Origin: an uncultured Granulosicoccaceae bacterium
GTDB taxonomy: Bacteria > Pseudomonadota > Gammaproteobacteria > Granulosicoccales > Granulosicoccaceae
Length of the DNA stretch: 64,000 nucleotides
Assembly (NCBI GenBank): GCA_937981955.1
Contig: CALJNA010000022.1
Coordinates: forward strand, 1,548 to 65,547
Direction of reading: 5' to 3'
Shown here: positions 1 to 10,191 of the stretch, in pieces
Layout of the letters: each line of letters begins with the position of its first letter
Numbering within the stretch: position 1 is the first letter of the stretch
Notes under the pieces: model-generated
The model's input: the letters and a program-made list of their open reading frames with translations, nothing else
Told to the model about the DNA's origin: nothing
Databases searched by the model: none
Made by a program: the position numbers and the translations under genes

Positions 1-206
1 ATCAGTCTTGTACGGTGCTGGTTCTCTTCCTCGGCCATGGCGTCGAACACGCTTGCACTGGCAGGAAAGTCTGCGCGTAACCCATCGGCATAGGCCCGAT
101 AAATTCGTCCATCGTCTTCCTCTGAAGATATGGCCAGTGCCAGAATCTCCTGTTCACTGAGCGACTTGAATGCCCTTCTTGCTCCGGGAAAGTATCGGGA
201 AATCAT
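1..206 (-). CDS. mbfA: MbfA-like iron exporter, N-terminal rubrerythrin/ferritin-like domain (partial, runs off the window edge)
   Basis: Not in the ORF track. Hand translation from ATG at 206 gives MISRYFPGARRAFKSLSEQEILALAISSEEDDGRIYRAYADGLRADFPASASVFDAMAEEENQHRTRL, with the LSEQEILALAISSEEDDxRIY and ExxH diiron motifs of MbfA. The ATG overlaps the modC stop (TGATG). Confidence 0.82.
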   Translation of the reverse strand, partial: MISRYFPGARRAFKSLSEQEILALAISSEEDDGRIYRAYADGLRADFPASASVFDAMAEEENQHRTRL

Positions 207-1357
207 CAGCTTTGTGTTTCCGCTACGGGTGCCTGTTGGGTCAAAGTATGTTGGTTGTGCTCGTACGCCGGCATCAGGTGTATACCTTCTGGCAAAATGG
301 ATACGACAAGTTTGCCGCCAATAACAACTTTATTGCGCATTGCCACGTGTCGTGACACACGGAACGCAATCGTATCACCGGTTGCTTCAACAAGCAGTTT
401 CATAGACAGTTCATCACCGAGTTCAACCGATTCGACAACGCGGGTTACTATCGGATTTTCCCGCTCCCCATTTGATGGTTTGTCGGTACGGTGCATAATA
501 ATCGCAGAAGGGGTGATGAGTGCGTCTACACGGCTGCTTGCATCCATCAGATTACCCACTTGAAGCTGCGTACCAAGTATGTCCAGTGTGCCATGTTGGC
601 GCTGACGTTGGTAAAGACCTGCGTATAAATTTTTGTGCCCCAGTAGTCTGGCTATTCGAGCATTGTCGGGTTTTCGCATAACCTGCGTAACCGGGCCGGT
701 TTGCATGGTTTTTCCGTGGTGCATCAAACAGAGCGAATCGGCAAGTTGCTGTACTTCAAGCATGTCGTGCGTCACCAGTATCATGGGTACATTTAATGTG
801 GCTCTTATCTGTGCCAGTTCCCGATACAGTTTTTCGCGAGTTAATTGGTCGACGGCCGAAAACGGCTCGTCGAGTAGCAGCACATCGGGCTCCCGTGCCA
901 GTGCTCTAGCCAGCGCAACGCGTTGCCGTTGACCACCAGAGAGTCTGTGAGGTTGCTGTTTGTGCAAACCTTCCATGTTTGTTAGGCGTAACCATTCCAT
1001 GGCCTTGCCTGCACGATGATTGCGCGTCACATGAGACATGGCGGTTGTCACATTCTCCAGCACCGTTAAGTGGGGAAACAATGCATAGTGTTGAAACACC
1101 AGCCCCACGCGCCTTTGTTGTGGTGATACAAAGAGCTGCTTTTCTCCGTCTTGCCAAAGTTTGTTGTTACAAACAATTCGGCCACGGGTAACTCGGTGCA
1201 GGCCTGCAATTGCACGTAATACTGTTGTTTTACCACTGCCGGAAGGTCCTGTCAGTGCGAGCAGCTCAGCGTTACTGCATTCGAAATTCGCATCGAGCGA
1301 TATCGGGCGTGACTGCTGGAGCGACACTTTCAGAGTTGGTTGCCTATCGACTGGCAC
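206..1357 (-). CDS. modC: Molybdate ABC transporter ATP-binding protein
   Basis: Walker A GPSGSGKT, LSGGQRQR signature, LLLDEPF, C-terminal TOBE-like region; follows modB. Confidence 0.9.
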   Translation of the reverse strand: MPVDRQPTLKVSLQQSRPISLDANFECSNAELLALTGPSGSGKTTVLRAIAGLHRVTRGRIVCNNKLWQDGEKQLFVSPQQRRVGLVFQHYALFPHLTVLENVTTAMSHVTRNHRAGKAMEWLRLTNMEGLHKQQPHRLSGGQRQRVALARALAREPDVLLLDEPFSAVDQLTREKLYRELAQIRATLNVPMILVTHDMLEVQQLADSLCLMHHGKTMQTGPVTQVMRKPDNARIARLLGHKNLYAGLYQRQRQHGTLDILGTQLQVGNLMDASSRVDALITPSAIIMHRTDKPSNGERENPIVTRVVESVELGDELSMKLLVEATGDTIAFRVSRHVAMRNKVVIGGKLVVSILPEGIHLMPAYEHNQHTLTQQAPVAETQS

Positions 1358-2003
1358 GCGAATTTATCCCTGCGACTCGGACAATCGCTAATGCCGTAAT
1401 CGAAAACAACAGCAATCCTGCCGTCATCCATCCTGCAGCGTCCATATCGAATGACTGAACGCTATCGTAGATGGCGATGGACAGCGTTCTGGTCTCACCG
1501 GCGATATTTCCGCCAACCATCAAAACTACGCCGAACTCACCAAGCGTGTGAGCAAACGTCAGCGTGGCTGCACACAATATGCCGAGCCAGCATTGCGGTA
1601 ACTCGATACGGATAAAGGTTTGCAACGATGACAGGCCACTAACCCAGGCGGCTTCGCGTGTGTCTTCGGCAATTGCTGCAAATGCCTGCTGCGCAGGTTG
1701 AACTGCAAACGGGAGATTAACAATTAACGAAGCAAGCACCAGCGCGGGAAAGCTGAAAACCAACGGTGCGCCAAGAATGCTTGCTACTGCACTACCAAAA
1801 GCGCTGTTTGGACTCAAGCTCACAAGCAGATAATACCCAAGCACCGTTGGTGGCAGAACCAGTGGTAAGTAAACCAGCGCCTCTACCCACGATTTCCCGA
1901 CGAATTGCCAGTATGCCAGTGCTCGGCCGATTAACAGGCCGGCAGGGACCAGTATGATGGTCGTCCAGAAAGCCAGTTTTATGGATAACCAAAAAGGCGA
2001 CAT
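1344..2003 (-). CDS. modB: Molybdate ABC transporter permease
   Basis: LPLVLPPTVLGYYLL and FAHTLGEFGVVLMVGGNIAGETRT motifs. Confidence 0.93.
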   Translation of the reverse strand: MSPFWLSIKLAFWTTIILVPAGLLIGRALAYWQFVGKSWVEALVYLPLVLPPTVLGYYLLVSLSPNSAFGSAVASILGAPLVFSFPALVLASLIVNLPFAVQPAQQAFAAIAEDTREAAWVSGLSSLQTFIRIELPQCWLGILCAATLTFAHTLGEFGVVLMVGGNIAGETRTLSIAIYDSVQSFDMDAAGWMTAGLLLFSITALAIVRVAGINSRASR

Positions 2004-2012
2004 AATGGTTAC

Positions 2013-2789
2013 CTAGGGTATTGCCCGAAAGCCGTTCTGAATGAAAATTTGCTGCGCCCTTTTTGATAACAAAAATGCGAACAGTGTTTTTGCGTTATCA
2101 CTTGCATGGGTCGTTAACACCATGGAATGAATTAGCGGCTCATGGGAAGAATGAGGAATTTCTGCAAACACGAACCGAGGCAAGCTAGCTATTGGGGCGC
2201 CATGGACTAACGCAAGCGGTACGATGCCTCCATCGCTTGCACCTGAAAGAGTGAATTGCATTGCCTGAGCAGCATTTTCACCGAGGGACAATTTAATGTT
2301 TTGTGTGTCAGTGATTCCCTCGCTGTCGAGCACTTGCTGTGCTGCACGCCCATACGGGGCAAAGGCCGGGTTTGCGATAGTAAGCCTTGTGATGCTGTTG
2401 ATGGGAAACGGAGCTTCGTCCGACTCCAGGCCAAATCGGGCGATTATCCATTTGGCCAGCGACGATTGCTCCGGTGCCACCCAGGCCAGCGCGCCAGCGG
2501 CGTAGGGTGCAGGTTTGTTGCTGGTTTTCCCTTGTTCATGCAATGTGTCGATAAATGACTTATCCGCAGACAAAAAGAGTTCGAATGGTGCGCCTTGCGC
2601 TATTTGTCTGGCTAGGTTCCCTGAAGATCCAAACGTGACGCGCGGCTCGTGCTCAGAGTTATGGGCGTTTATCAGCAGTGGCCATACCTGACGTAAACTG
2701 GACGCAGCTGCCACCAGCGGGGCATCGTTTGCCTGCAACGGGCCAGCAGTGATTAAGGACAGGATGAATGCCGTGAGCCAGTGTTTCAT
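2013..2789 (-). CDS. modA: Molybdate ABC transporter substrate-binding protein
   Basis: Signal peptide, AAASSL, GSSGNLARQIAQGAPFELFLSAD, ANPAFAPYGRAA. Confidence 0.92.
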   Translation of the reverse strand: MKHWLTAFILSLITAGPLQANDAPLVAAASSLRQVWPLLINAHNSEHEPRVTFGSSGNLARQIAQGAPFELFLSADKSFIDTLHEQGKTSNKPAPYAAGALAWVAPEQSSLAKWIIARFGLESDEAPFPINSITRLTIANPAFAPYGRAAQQVLDSEGITDTQNIKLSLGENAAQAMQFTLSGASDGGIVPLALVHGAPIASLPRFVFAEIPHSSHEPLIHSMVLTTHASDNAKTLFAFLLSKRAQQIFIQNGFRAIP

Positions 2790-3010
2790 TGCTCGATTTT
2801 ACCACCCGATATCAAGGTTCATGGCGAGAGTCTGGCGAATTCATCTGTCCGGTACATAAACCTATGAATCAATACGAAAGGTCGCGTCCAAGTCGGCCTT
2901 TGTCGGTTGATTTGGCAAAGCAGGAAATTTCAATAAATTAGCGCTTTGAGGGAAAGCCGCGCTAGTGTAAATTAACATTACGCTTAAACATCTTAAATAG
3001 GGTTACGTGT

Positions 3011-4006
3011 ATGGCCGGAGAATTCGGCACCAGCTTTATGCCTCAAATGACCATCAGCACTTACGACAATGGCTGGAGTGATATGCAGACGGTCAATGCT
3101 GACAAAATTTCTGTGCATCCCGGTGCACACGTGTTGCATTACGCCAGCACCTGCTTTGAAGGGCTGAAAGCATTCGCACACAAGGATGGTTCGATAAATA
3201 TTTTTCGCATGGACAAAAATATCGAGCGCTTACGGCAAAGTAGTGAGCTGCTATACCTGCCACCACTTGACCTGTCGCTGACGGAGAAGATGATCACCAC
3301 CATTGTTGATCAGTACCGCAATGAGGTACCAGCACCTCCGGCATCAATGTACATTCGACCTACTCATATAGGAACCGAACCCGCAATTGGTAAAGCGGCC
3401 GATCCAAGTGCAACTGCGTTGCTATACATTTTACTATCGCCCGTTGGCGACTACTTTTCCGGTGGCGAGGCCTCTCTGCGATTGTTACTCGATGATGTTG
3501 GTGTTCGCTGTGGACCCGATCATGGAATGGTTAAAGCCGGCGGCAACTACGCCAGTGCTTTGAAACACATTATGCGAGCAAGAAAAGAGCACAACGCGCA
3601 TCAAGTTTTGTTCTGCCCAAACGGCGATATACAGGAAACAGGTGCGGCCAACTTTTTGTTAGTGGACAACCAGTCAGTTATAACAAAGCCGCTGGACGAT
3701 TCATTCCTGCACGGTGTCACACGAGAATCTATCTTAACGCTGGCTCGTGACAAAGGACTTAAAGTAGAAGAACGCGACTTTGGTATTGAAGAACTGCTTG
3801 ACCGTTGTTCTCAACCCGATGCTGAAGCAGGATTAGCCGGTACAGCCGCTGTACTGGCGGCAGTCACTACATTAATCTATAAAGGTAAGGAGTATCAGGT
3901 TGGGCAGGGTGCGCCCGGACCGAGAATTCGGGAAATGCGTGCTGAACTTAACGCCATTCAATGGGGTGAAGTCGAAGATACGCGCAACTGGTTGCATACT
4001 GTTTGA
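3011..4006 (+). CDS. ilvE: Branched-chain amino acid aminotransferase (PLP class IV)
   Basis: LHYASTCFEGLKA, YIRP, KAGGNY (PLP lysine), ETGAANF, LHGVTRESIL, GTAA. Confidence 0.9.
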   Translation: MAGEFGTSFMPQMTISTYDNGWSDMQTVNADKISVHPGAHVLHYASTCFEGLKAFAHKDGSINIFRMDKNIERLRQSSELLYLPPLDLSLTEKMITTIVDQYRNEVPAPPASMYIRPTHIGTEPAIGKAADPSATALLYILLSPVGDYFSGGEASLRLLLDDVGVRCGPDHGMVKAGGNYASALKHIMRARKEHNAHQVLFCPNGDIQETGAANFLLVDNQSVITKPLDDSFLHGVTRESILTLARDKGLKVEERDFGIEELLDRCSQPDAEAGLAGTAAVLAAVTTLIYKGKEYQVGQGAPGPRIREMRAELNAIQWGEVEDTRNWLHTV

Positions 4007-4090
4007 ATTGGCCTGAGTGTCAAATAGTATTTGTACGTGCGTTTAGTGGAATATGATGTTCTTTACTTTGCGTATATAAGGAGAGCCATT

Positions 4091-4660
4091 ATGGCTACAT
4101 TGCTTAAGCGTTCAGTGCTCGTGTTGTTTTGCTTGACGACTATAGCGGCCACACCGGGTTGCGCTATTAGCAAGAAAGATTGTCTCGCCGACGATTGGCA
4201 AACCAAAGGCTACCAGGATGGTCAGCGTGGAAAATCCCCCGATGTCATATCAACCTATGCCAAGTCCTGCGCCAAGCACGGCGTTACACCTGATGCCAGC
4301 GCATACGCAGCTGGTTTTGATGTCGGGATAAAGGAATACTGTACACCTGAAAAGGGATTTTCCGAAGGCGAGGATAACGATTCCTACAGTGGTGCTTGTC
4401 CGGCTGATCTTGAACCGGCCTTTCTGGAAAAATATATTAGCGGGCTTCGCGTTGCCCTGGACGATTTGGCGATCGAGTACGATCGGGATAGTATTGAACT
4501 GGACAGAATAAGAGACCACAAAGACTGGCTCGTTTCTCAAGGCGCCTCTCACAGTAAGGAAGACAAACAAATAAAGTACCTTACCGGTCGACTGCGCAGT
4601 AATGGCTCTAAGCGCTCCTCACTGAATGACAAAATAAGGCGCTGGTCTGCCCGGCTGTAA
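4091..4660 (+). CDS. DUF2799-family lipoprotein
   Basis: Lipobox-like PGC, then C..ADDWQTKGYQDGQRG...YCTPEKGF. ATG 4091 follows AGGAGAG and is preferred over 4031. Confidence 0.75.
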   Translation: MATLLKRSVLVLFCLTTIAATPGCAISKKDCLADDWQTKGYQDGQRGKSPDVISTYAKSCAKHGVTPDASAYAAGFDVGIKEYCTPEKGFSEGEDNDSYSGACPADLEPAFLEKYISGLRVALDDLAIEYDRDSIELDRIRDHKDWLVSQGASHSKEDKQIKYLTGRLRSNGSKRSSLNDKIRRWSARL

Positions 4661-4813
4661 CCAGGTGTGCGCCAGCGGACGATATCCCCAAGCCTGGCAG
4701 TGCTTAAAATCGCTATCAGAGCAATAAATTGACCTGAGCTTGCTGCAGTTTTACGTATCTGGCGGCCCAAGCGGGTACAATGCCGCTCGTGTAAACACCT
4801 GTATGCGAATCAA

Positions 4814-5356
4814 GTGAATCCTAAATCTGCTCTGGCGCTATCAGTTGCGGCGATGGCTGTGGTCATTGTTGTTTCCAATGTACTGGTCTCCATACCGATC
4901 AATTCCTGGCTTACCTGGGGAACGCTAACCTTTCCGTTCGCATTTCTGGTCACCGACCTGGTCAATCGCTATTACGGGGTGAAAAAAGCGAGAATTGTCG
5001 TCTATGCAGGTTTTGCCGTTGGTATTGCAGCATCACTCGCACTTGCCGCAGCAGCACTGGATATGACCGTAGTGCGAATCGCGCTGGCATCAGGTACAGC
5101 CTTTCTGATATCGCAGTTACTGGATGTGTCTGTGTTTGACAAATTGCGGGCCAAAACCTGGTGGGTCGCACCGTTTGTTTCGTCAGCCATTAGCACCGTT
5201 TTAGATACTTTTCTGTTTTATGCGCTGGCGTTTGTTGGTACTGGTCTAGCGTGGCAACAATGGGCAGTTGGTGACTTGGGCGTAAAATGGCTTGTTGCAG
5301 TCGTGGCCTTGATTCCGTACGCATTGTTTACGGGGCGAAAGGCTCAGACGGCTTAA
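4814..5356 (+). CDS. Queuosine precursor transporter (YhhQ/VUT family)
   Basis: Hydrophobic protein with TWGTLTFPFAFLVTDLVNRYYG, ASGTAFLISQLLDVSVFD and DTFLF motifs. Confidence 0.85.
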   Translation: MNPKSALALSVAAMAVVIVVSNVLVSIPINSWLTWGTLTFPFAFLVTDLVNRYYGVKKARIVVYAGFAVGIAASLALAAAALDMTVVRIALASGTAFLISQLLDVSVFDKLRAKTWWVAPFVSSAISTVLDTFLFYALAFVGTGLAWQQWAVGDLGVKWLVAVVALIPYALFTGRKAQTA

Positions 5357-5444
5357 TTCAGCTAAATAGCCCCAAAAAGCTCAGCGTGTCTGTCTGGCGC
5401 AAGGTGCCGGGTTTATAGATAATTGATGTGCGTGGCCGCCGCTA

Positions 5445-6116
5445 TCAGGCCTCGTCGTACGCAGCCAACAAACCACAGTTGTGCGCTTCACGTACACACG
5501 ATGTGCGGTTCTTGACTGAGAGAAGTTTGAATAGCTGAGAGGTATGGTATTTAACCGTTGCCTCCGAAATACCAACGATCTGCGAGATCTGCTTGTTTGA
5601 GTTGCCTTCTGCCATTAGCCGCAATACTTGTAACTGCTTTTCACCTGGCCGAGGCAGGCTGACCCCATTGTGCCCGGCAACAGCAGGCTCTGGATGTTTG
5701 TCTGGCTCCTGATTCACACTGCCATGCATATATCGTTCGGGAAAAAAGCGGCCGCCTGAAAGCACCTGTTTTAAACCTGCCATCATTTCGGCACCCGGCA
5801 ATGTTTTCTGTATAAAGCCAGCTGCTCCATTTTTGACGGCAGATCGAATGTACTTCTCCTCAGTTGCACCACTGACGATAACAACAGGAATGGTGATACC
5901 GCGATTTCGCAATCCGGTTAGCAAGCCGATACCGTCGATGCCGGGCATGAACAGGTCAGTCAAAATAAGATCAAGCTCTTTTCCGGCGTCGATTGTGGAC
6001 AGTGCATGCTGTGTGGAATAACACGCCGTGATGTTCACGCCGGGTTCAATTTCTGTGAGCATGACTTTCATGGCGTCAGCCACCAGACGGTGATCTTCTA
6101 CGAGCAGTATATTCAT
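5445..6116 (-). CDS. NarL/LuxR-family response regulator (no adjacent kinase)
   Basis: REC domain (LLVEDH, DLFMPGIDG, K) plus C-terminal LuxR HTH (GNSNKQISQIVGISEATVKYH). Confidence 0.9.
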   Translation of the reverse strand: MNILLVEDHRLVADAMKVMLTEIEPGVNITACYSTQHALSTIDAGKELDLILTDLFMPGIDGIGLLTGLRNRGITIPVVIVSGATEEKYIRSAVKNGAAGFIQKTLPGAEMMAGLKQVLSGGRFFPERYMHGSVNQEPDKHPEPAVAGHNGVSLPRPGEKQLQVLRLMAEGNSNKQISQIVGISEATVKYHTSQLFKLLSVKNRTSCVREAHNCGLLAAYDEA

Positions 6117-6311
6117 GGGGCTAGTATGGCAATAAGTCTCGCTGGAGACTAGCGATCAGTACCAAAACTGGCCTAAAGTGTAGTCTGCGTCCGCGCTCGC
6201 AAGCAGGGAGGGTCCAAAATTGTGATGTTCAGCTTGCCGGACTAATGTGTCGGAAACTGGCAAAATACAGCGTTAGGGTATTCCGGTTTAACTCCAACGG
6301 CAAACAAGATT

Positions 6312-6932
6312 ATGCAAGCAGCTCTGGAAGCTTTAGAAACACTTAAAGCGGGCAATGCCCGATTTGTATCCTACGTGCGTGACCAAGAGGTGATAACCAG
6401 TCAGGCCAAGCCTACTGACCCACGTGAACCGCAAAAGCCAAAAGCGATAATACTCGGCTGTTCAGACTCACGAGTTCCTGCAGAGTTGGTATTTGACCAG
6501 GGCTTCGGTTCTTTATTCGTTATTCGCGTTGCTGGCAATATCGTTGCCCCGTCACAAATTGGTAGCGTCGAATTTGCGGTGCAGCAGTTTAAAACGCCAC
6601 TGGTTGTTGTTCTTGGACATTCGAATTGTGGTGCTGTAACCGCAACGATTAACGAGCTCGAAAAACCAGGTGGTCCGGCAACGCCAAACCTGTGGTCAAT
6701 TGTCGAAAGAATCACCCCGGCGGTTTCCACTTTGATGGACACACCTTTAAAGAATGACAAAGAAGCGCTTATTGCTCATGCGATTCGAGCTAACGTTCGT
6801 CTGGCCGCCGACCATCTCAGACACGGCTCGAGGTTGTTGGAAGAGCAGGTGGCCAGCAATAATGTTCTTATCGTTGGCGCTGAGTATTCATTGGAAACCG
6901 GTGCGGTCGATTTCTTTGATGGTGTTCCGTAG
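6312..6932 (+). CDS. Beta-class carbonic anhydrase
   Basis: Zinc ligands in GCSDSRVP and GHSNCGAV; IRVAGN. Confidence 0.93.
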   Translation: MQAALEALETLKAGNARFVSYVRDQEVITSQAKPTDPREPQKPKAIILGCSDSRVPAELVFDQGFGSLFVIRVAGNIVAPSQIGSVEFAVQQFKTPLVVVLGHSNCGAVTATINELEKPGGPATPNLWSIVERITPAVSTLMDTPLKNDKEALIAHAIRANVRLAADHLRHGSRLLEEQVASNNVLIVGAEYSLETGAVDFFDGVP

Positions 6933-6993
6933 AACTCGCTACAGGCCGGTGTCGAACAGTGATGTTCGAGGTTAAACCACACTTCAGCATTCG

Positions 6994-7419
6994 TTAGCGA
7001 GCAATTAGCACGTTGCACTTTGCTCGTTCAGACACAGACAGTCCTACTGAACCAAGCAGCAATTCACCACCAACCATGTCTTTAGGCCGACAGCCAAAAA
7101 CGATGAGATCAGGTTTCCATTCGTCAGCATATTTTAGTATTTCCTGACTGCGCTTGCCCGAGGTAACAACGCATTCAGGAATCTTGTCAAAATACTTTGC
7201 GGCCACTTTTTTCAAATCGGCCAGCACAGTAGCCTGCATTTTGTCCATTGCATCAGCAGGAAAAAAAGTCGATACCATCGGCATGGAGTAGCCGGGCACC
7301 ACAGAAAGCAGTTCCACTTCAGCTCCCCAGGCATCCTGCATTTGCCGTGCTTGCGGACAACTTTGACCACCGGGATCAGGGGACGCCATGTCAACCGGGA
7401 CCAGTATTTTTTTATACAT
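6994..7419 (-). CDS. Universal stress protein (TRAP-associated, TeaD-like position)
   Basis: MYKKILVPVD...DLIVFG...LLGSV...AKCNVLIAR. The start at 7419 overlaps the permease stop by 8 nt. Confidence 0.88.
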   Translation of the reverse strand: MYKKILVPVDMASPDPGGQSCPQARQMQDAWGAEVELLSVVPGYSMPMVSTFFPADAMDKMQATVLADLKKVAAKYFDKIPECVVTSGKRSQEILKYADEWKPDLIVFGCRPKDMVGGELLLGSVGLSVSERAKCNVLIAR

Positions 7420-10045
7420 TGTGCTGCACCTCAGTGGTGGTTGAAGTATTTGTGTCCTGCACATCAGAGCGGGGTCTGCGTCTTCCTTGCGCTTTCCATA
7501 CTAGCCACAGCAAAGCCAGTGCAGGCAGATACATCAGTTCTTTAGGCAGTGACGATTTAGGCACCATTAATTCCTGAATGACTTGAAAGTCTTCCAGGCC
7601 CGCTTGTTGGGCTGGACTGTCAAACTCGACGAAATCGACCATGATCTTGCCATCTTCTTCGAGCATTTCAAATCCGCTACTCATGAGCTTTTCCTCACCG
7701 GTAGCGCCTTCACCAACATTGAGCATGGCGACAAACGATCTTTCCCGACCTACTTCATCTTCGCCTAGAATTCTCAGTCTGATATCAGAACCTGGCTCAA
7801 CATCGTTTATGGCGTCCACCATGCCTGCAGGTTCTACACTTGCGAAACGCGGCGAAATACGATCCATAAAGAATCCCGGTCGAAACAGTGTGAAGGCGAT
7901 CAGCAACAAGGCGATGGTTTCCCACCACTTGTTGCGGGTAAGCCACCAGCCCTGAGTTGCTGCGGCAAACAACAGCATCGCAACGGTTGCGACGATAAAT
8001 ATCAATATGCCCTGAAACCAATTCACGTCAATCAGCAGCATATCGGTATTAAAGATAAACAGAAATGGCAGCATCGCCGTGCGAAGGCTGTAGAAGAACG
8101 CGACAAAGCCAGTTTTAATCGGGTCACCGCCGGAGATGGCCGCGGCTGCAAACGATGCCAAACCAACCGGTGGAGTTACGTCAGCCATAATTCCAAAGTA
8201 AAACACAAATAAGTGCACCGCTATTAATGGCACCAGCAAACCAGACTGCTGACCAAGCGTTACGATTACAGGCGCTAATAAGGATGACACGACGATGTAG
8301 TTTGCTGTTGTAGGCAGGCCCATTCCAAGAATTAAACTCAGTACGGCCGTGAATAGCAGCATAAGCATCAGATTACCCATTGAAATAATCTCAACCAGGT
8401 CTGCCAATACCAGCCCAACACCGGTTAACGCAACCGCGCCAACGATGATACCGGCCGTGGCCGTCGCTATGCCAATGCCGATCATGTTGCGCGCGCCGGT
8501 CACAAGCCCGTCAACCATTTCATCAAAGCCCTGTTTTACGTAAGGGCCCAGTTTGTAGTTGCCGCGGAACAACGCAAATAGTGGACGCTGTGTGAGCAAA
8601 ATAAAGATCATCAGTACTGTCGCCCAGAACGCTGATAATCCTGGGCTGAGTCGTTCAACCATCAGACACCAGATGAGCACGATAACCGGTAGCAGATAGT
8701 GCAGGCCTGATCGAATGGTAGGTTTCGGATCGGGCAGCTCGACAACTGGTGCATTTGGATCGTCAATTTCAAGATCAGGATATTTGGAACAGGTTATGGC
8801 GAGAAACAGGTAAACAAGACCAACGCCTGCAGCGATAATCCAGCTGGCCGAATCACCCGCAACCGGTTTTAACCAACCAAGCCCGTAATAGACCGCGAAA
8901 CTCAGTACACAAACCAGTAAAATTCCCAGCGCAAAGCGCATGGCTGCCTGAACCAGTGGACGTGGAGCAGTGCGTCTTGGCAAGCCTTGCATGTTCAGCT
9001 TCATTGATTCGAGGTGAACGATGTAAACCAGTGCAATGTACGATATAAGTGCAGGAATAAAGGCGTGCTTTACAACCTCGAAGTAGGAGATGCCGACATA
9101 TTCCACCATAAGAAAAGCAGCCGCTCCCATAACCGGTGGCATGATCTGTCCGTTGACTGATGACGCTACTTCTACGGCGCCCGCCTTTTCACCGCTGAAC
9201 CCGACCCGTTTCATCATTGGGATGGTGAACGTTCCGGTTGTTACAACATTTGCGATTGAAGAACCGGAAATTAGTCCTGTCATGGCAGAAGACACGACCG
9301 CGGCTTTTGCAGGTCCGCCCCGATAATGGCCAAGCAAGGAGAAGGCGACTTTAATAAAGTAATTTCCAGCTCCGGCTTTATCCAGCAAAGCGCCAAATAG
9401 CACGAAGAGAAAAACAAACCCGCTTGATACACCCAGTGCAATACCAAATACACCATCGGTGGATAACCATTGGTTGTCTGCTATCGCACCGAAGGATGCT
9501 CCCTTCCATGCCAATATGCCTGGCATGCTTTGACCACCGAAGCAGTAAATCAGAAAGACGATTGCAACAATCATCAACGGTGGGCCAAGTGCTCTCCATG
9601 TTGCTGCAAGCAGAATCGCGATACCAATACAGGCGACAATAATGTCCATGGTATTGGGATTGCCCGGCCGGTTTGATAATGAGTTGTAGAACAGAAACAG
9701 ATACCCGGCACAAAACGCACCTACTATGGCCAGTGCCCAATCAGCCTTAGGGATGTAATCTCGAGGTGAATTTTTGAAAGCTGGATAAGCAGTAAAAGTC
9801 AGAAAGATAGCAAACGCTAAATGGATAGATCGTGATTCTGTGTCATTGAAAACACCGATACCCAGGATAAAGGGAAGGGGTGACGCTATCCACAATTGAA
9901 AAAGTGACCATACCAAGGCAACTCCGGTGATAAGCTTTGCAACCGATGGATTACTCGGGTTACGACCACCGGTATCCGATGATGCGACAAGTTCGTCCAG
10001 ATCAACTTCGAGATTTTTCTCGACATGTTCCGCACTGCTGCTCAT
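7412..10045 (-). CDS. TAXI-type TRAP transporter fused permease (4TM/12TM)
   Basis: 877-aa polytopic protein with GGPAKAAVVSS, SGSSIANVVTTG, GQIMPPVMGAAAF, GMGLPTTANY and ADVTPPV. Confidence 0.93.
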   Translation of the reverse strand: MSSSAEHVEKNLEVDLDELVASSDTGGRNPSNPSVAKLITGVALVWSLFQLWIASPLPFILGIGVFNDTESRSIHLAFAIFLTFTAYPAFKNSPRDYIPKADWALAIVGAFCAGYLFLFYNSLSNRPGNPNTMDIIVACIGIAILLAATWRALGPPLMIVAIVFLIYCFGGQSMPGILAWKGASFGAIADNQWLSTDGVFGIALGVSSGFVFLFVLFGALLDKAGAGNYFIKVAFSLLGHYRGGPAKAAVVSSAMTGLISGSSIANVVTTGTFTIPMMKRVGFSGEKAGAVEVASSVNGQIMPPVMGAAAFLMVEYVGISYFEVVKHAFIPALISYIALVYIVHLESMKLNMQGLPRRTAPRPLVQAAMRFALGILLVCVLSFAVYYGLGWLKPVAGDSASWIIAAGVGLVYLFLAITCSKYPDLEIDDPNAPVVELPDPKPTIRSGLHYLLPVIVLIWCLMVERLSPGLSAFWATVLMIFILLTQRPLFALFRGNYKLGPYVKQGFDEMVDGLVTGARNMIGIGIATATAGIIVGAVALTGVGLVLADLVEIISMGNLMLMLLFTAVLSLILGMGLPTTANYIVVSSLLAPVIVTLGQQSGLLVPLIAVHLFVFYFGIMADVTPPVGLASFAAAAISGGDPIKTGFVAFFYSLRTAMLPFLFIFNTDMLLIDVNWFQGILIFIVATVAMLLFAAATQGWWLTRNKWWETIALLLIAFTLFRPGFFMDRISPRFASVEPAGMVDAINDVEPGSDIRLRILGEDEVGRERSFVAMLNVGEGATGEEKLMSSGFEMLEEDGKIMVDFVEFDSPAQQAGLEDFQVIQELMVPKSSLPKELMYLPALALLWLVWKAQGRRRPRSDVQDTNTSTTTEVQHNV

Positions 10046-10136
10046 AGACTTGCCTCTGATTCAAGTTGATTGAATATCGAATAACAAACGCACGCGGGCA
10101 CGTTATTTTCTTACCGTTGATATTCTGTTACTAATG

Positions 10137-10170
10137 AAAAACAAAACGGGCTGCACAGATGTGCAGCCCG
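10137..10170 (-). terminator. Stem-loop/intrinsic terminator between the TAXI receptor and permease genes
   Basis: CGGGCTGCAC-agat-GTGCAGCCCG (10147-10170), followed on the minus strand by TTTTGTTTTT. Confidence 0.75.
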
Positions 10171-10191
10171 GACCCCATTTTTTTGAAAGGC

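Noticed and set aside
2845-2875. ModE box upstream of modA (CGGTACATA-aacc-TATGAATC)
   Set aside because: Half-sites and spacing fit the TATATA-N6/7-TATATA-type consensus poorly, and no modE is in the window.
4661-4813. preQ1 riboswitch before the queuosine-precursor transporter
   Set aside because: No recognisable preQ1 stem-loop with an A-rich tail.
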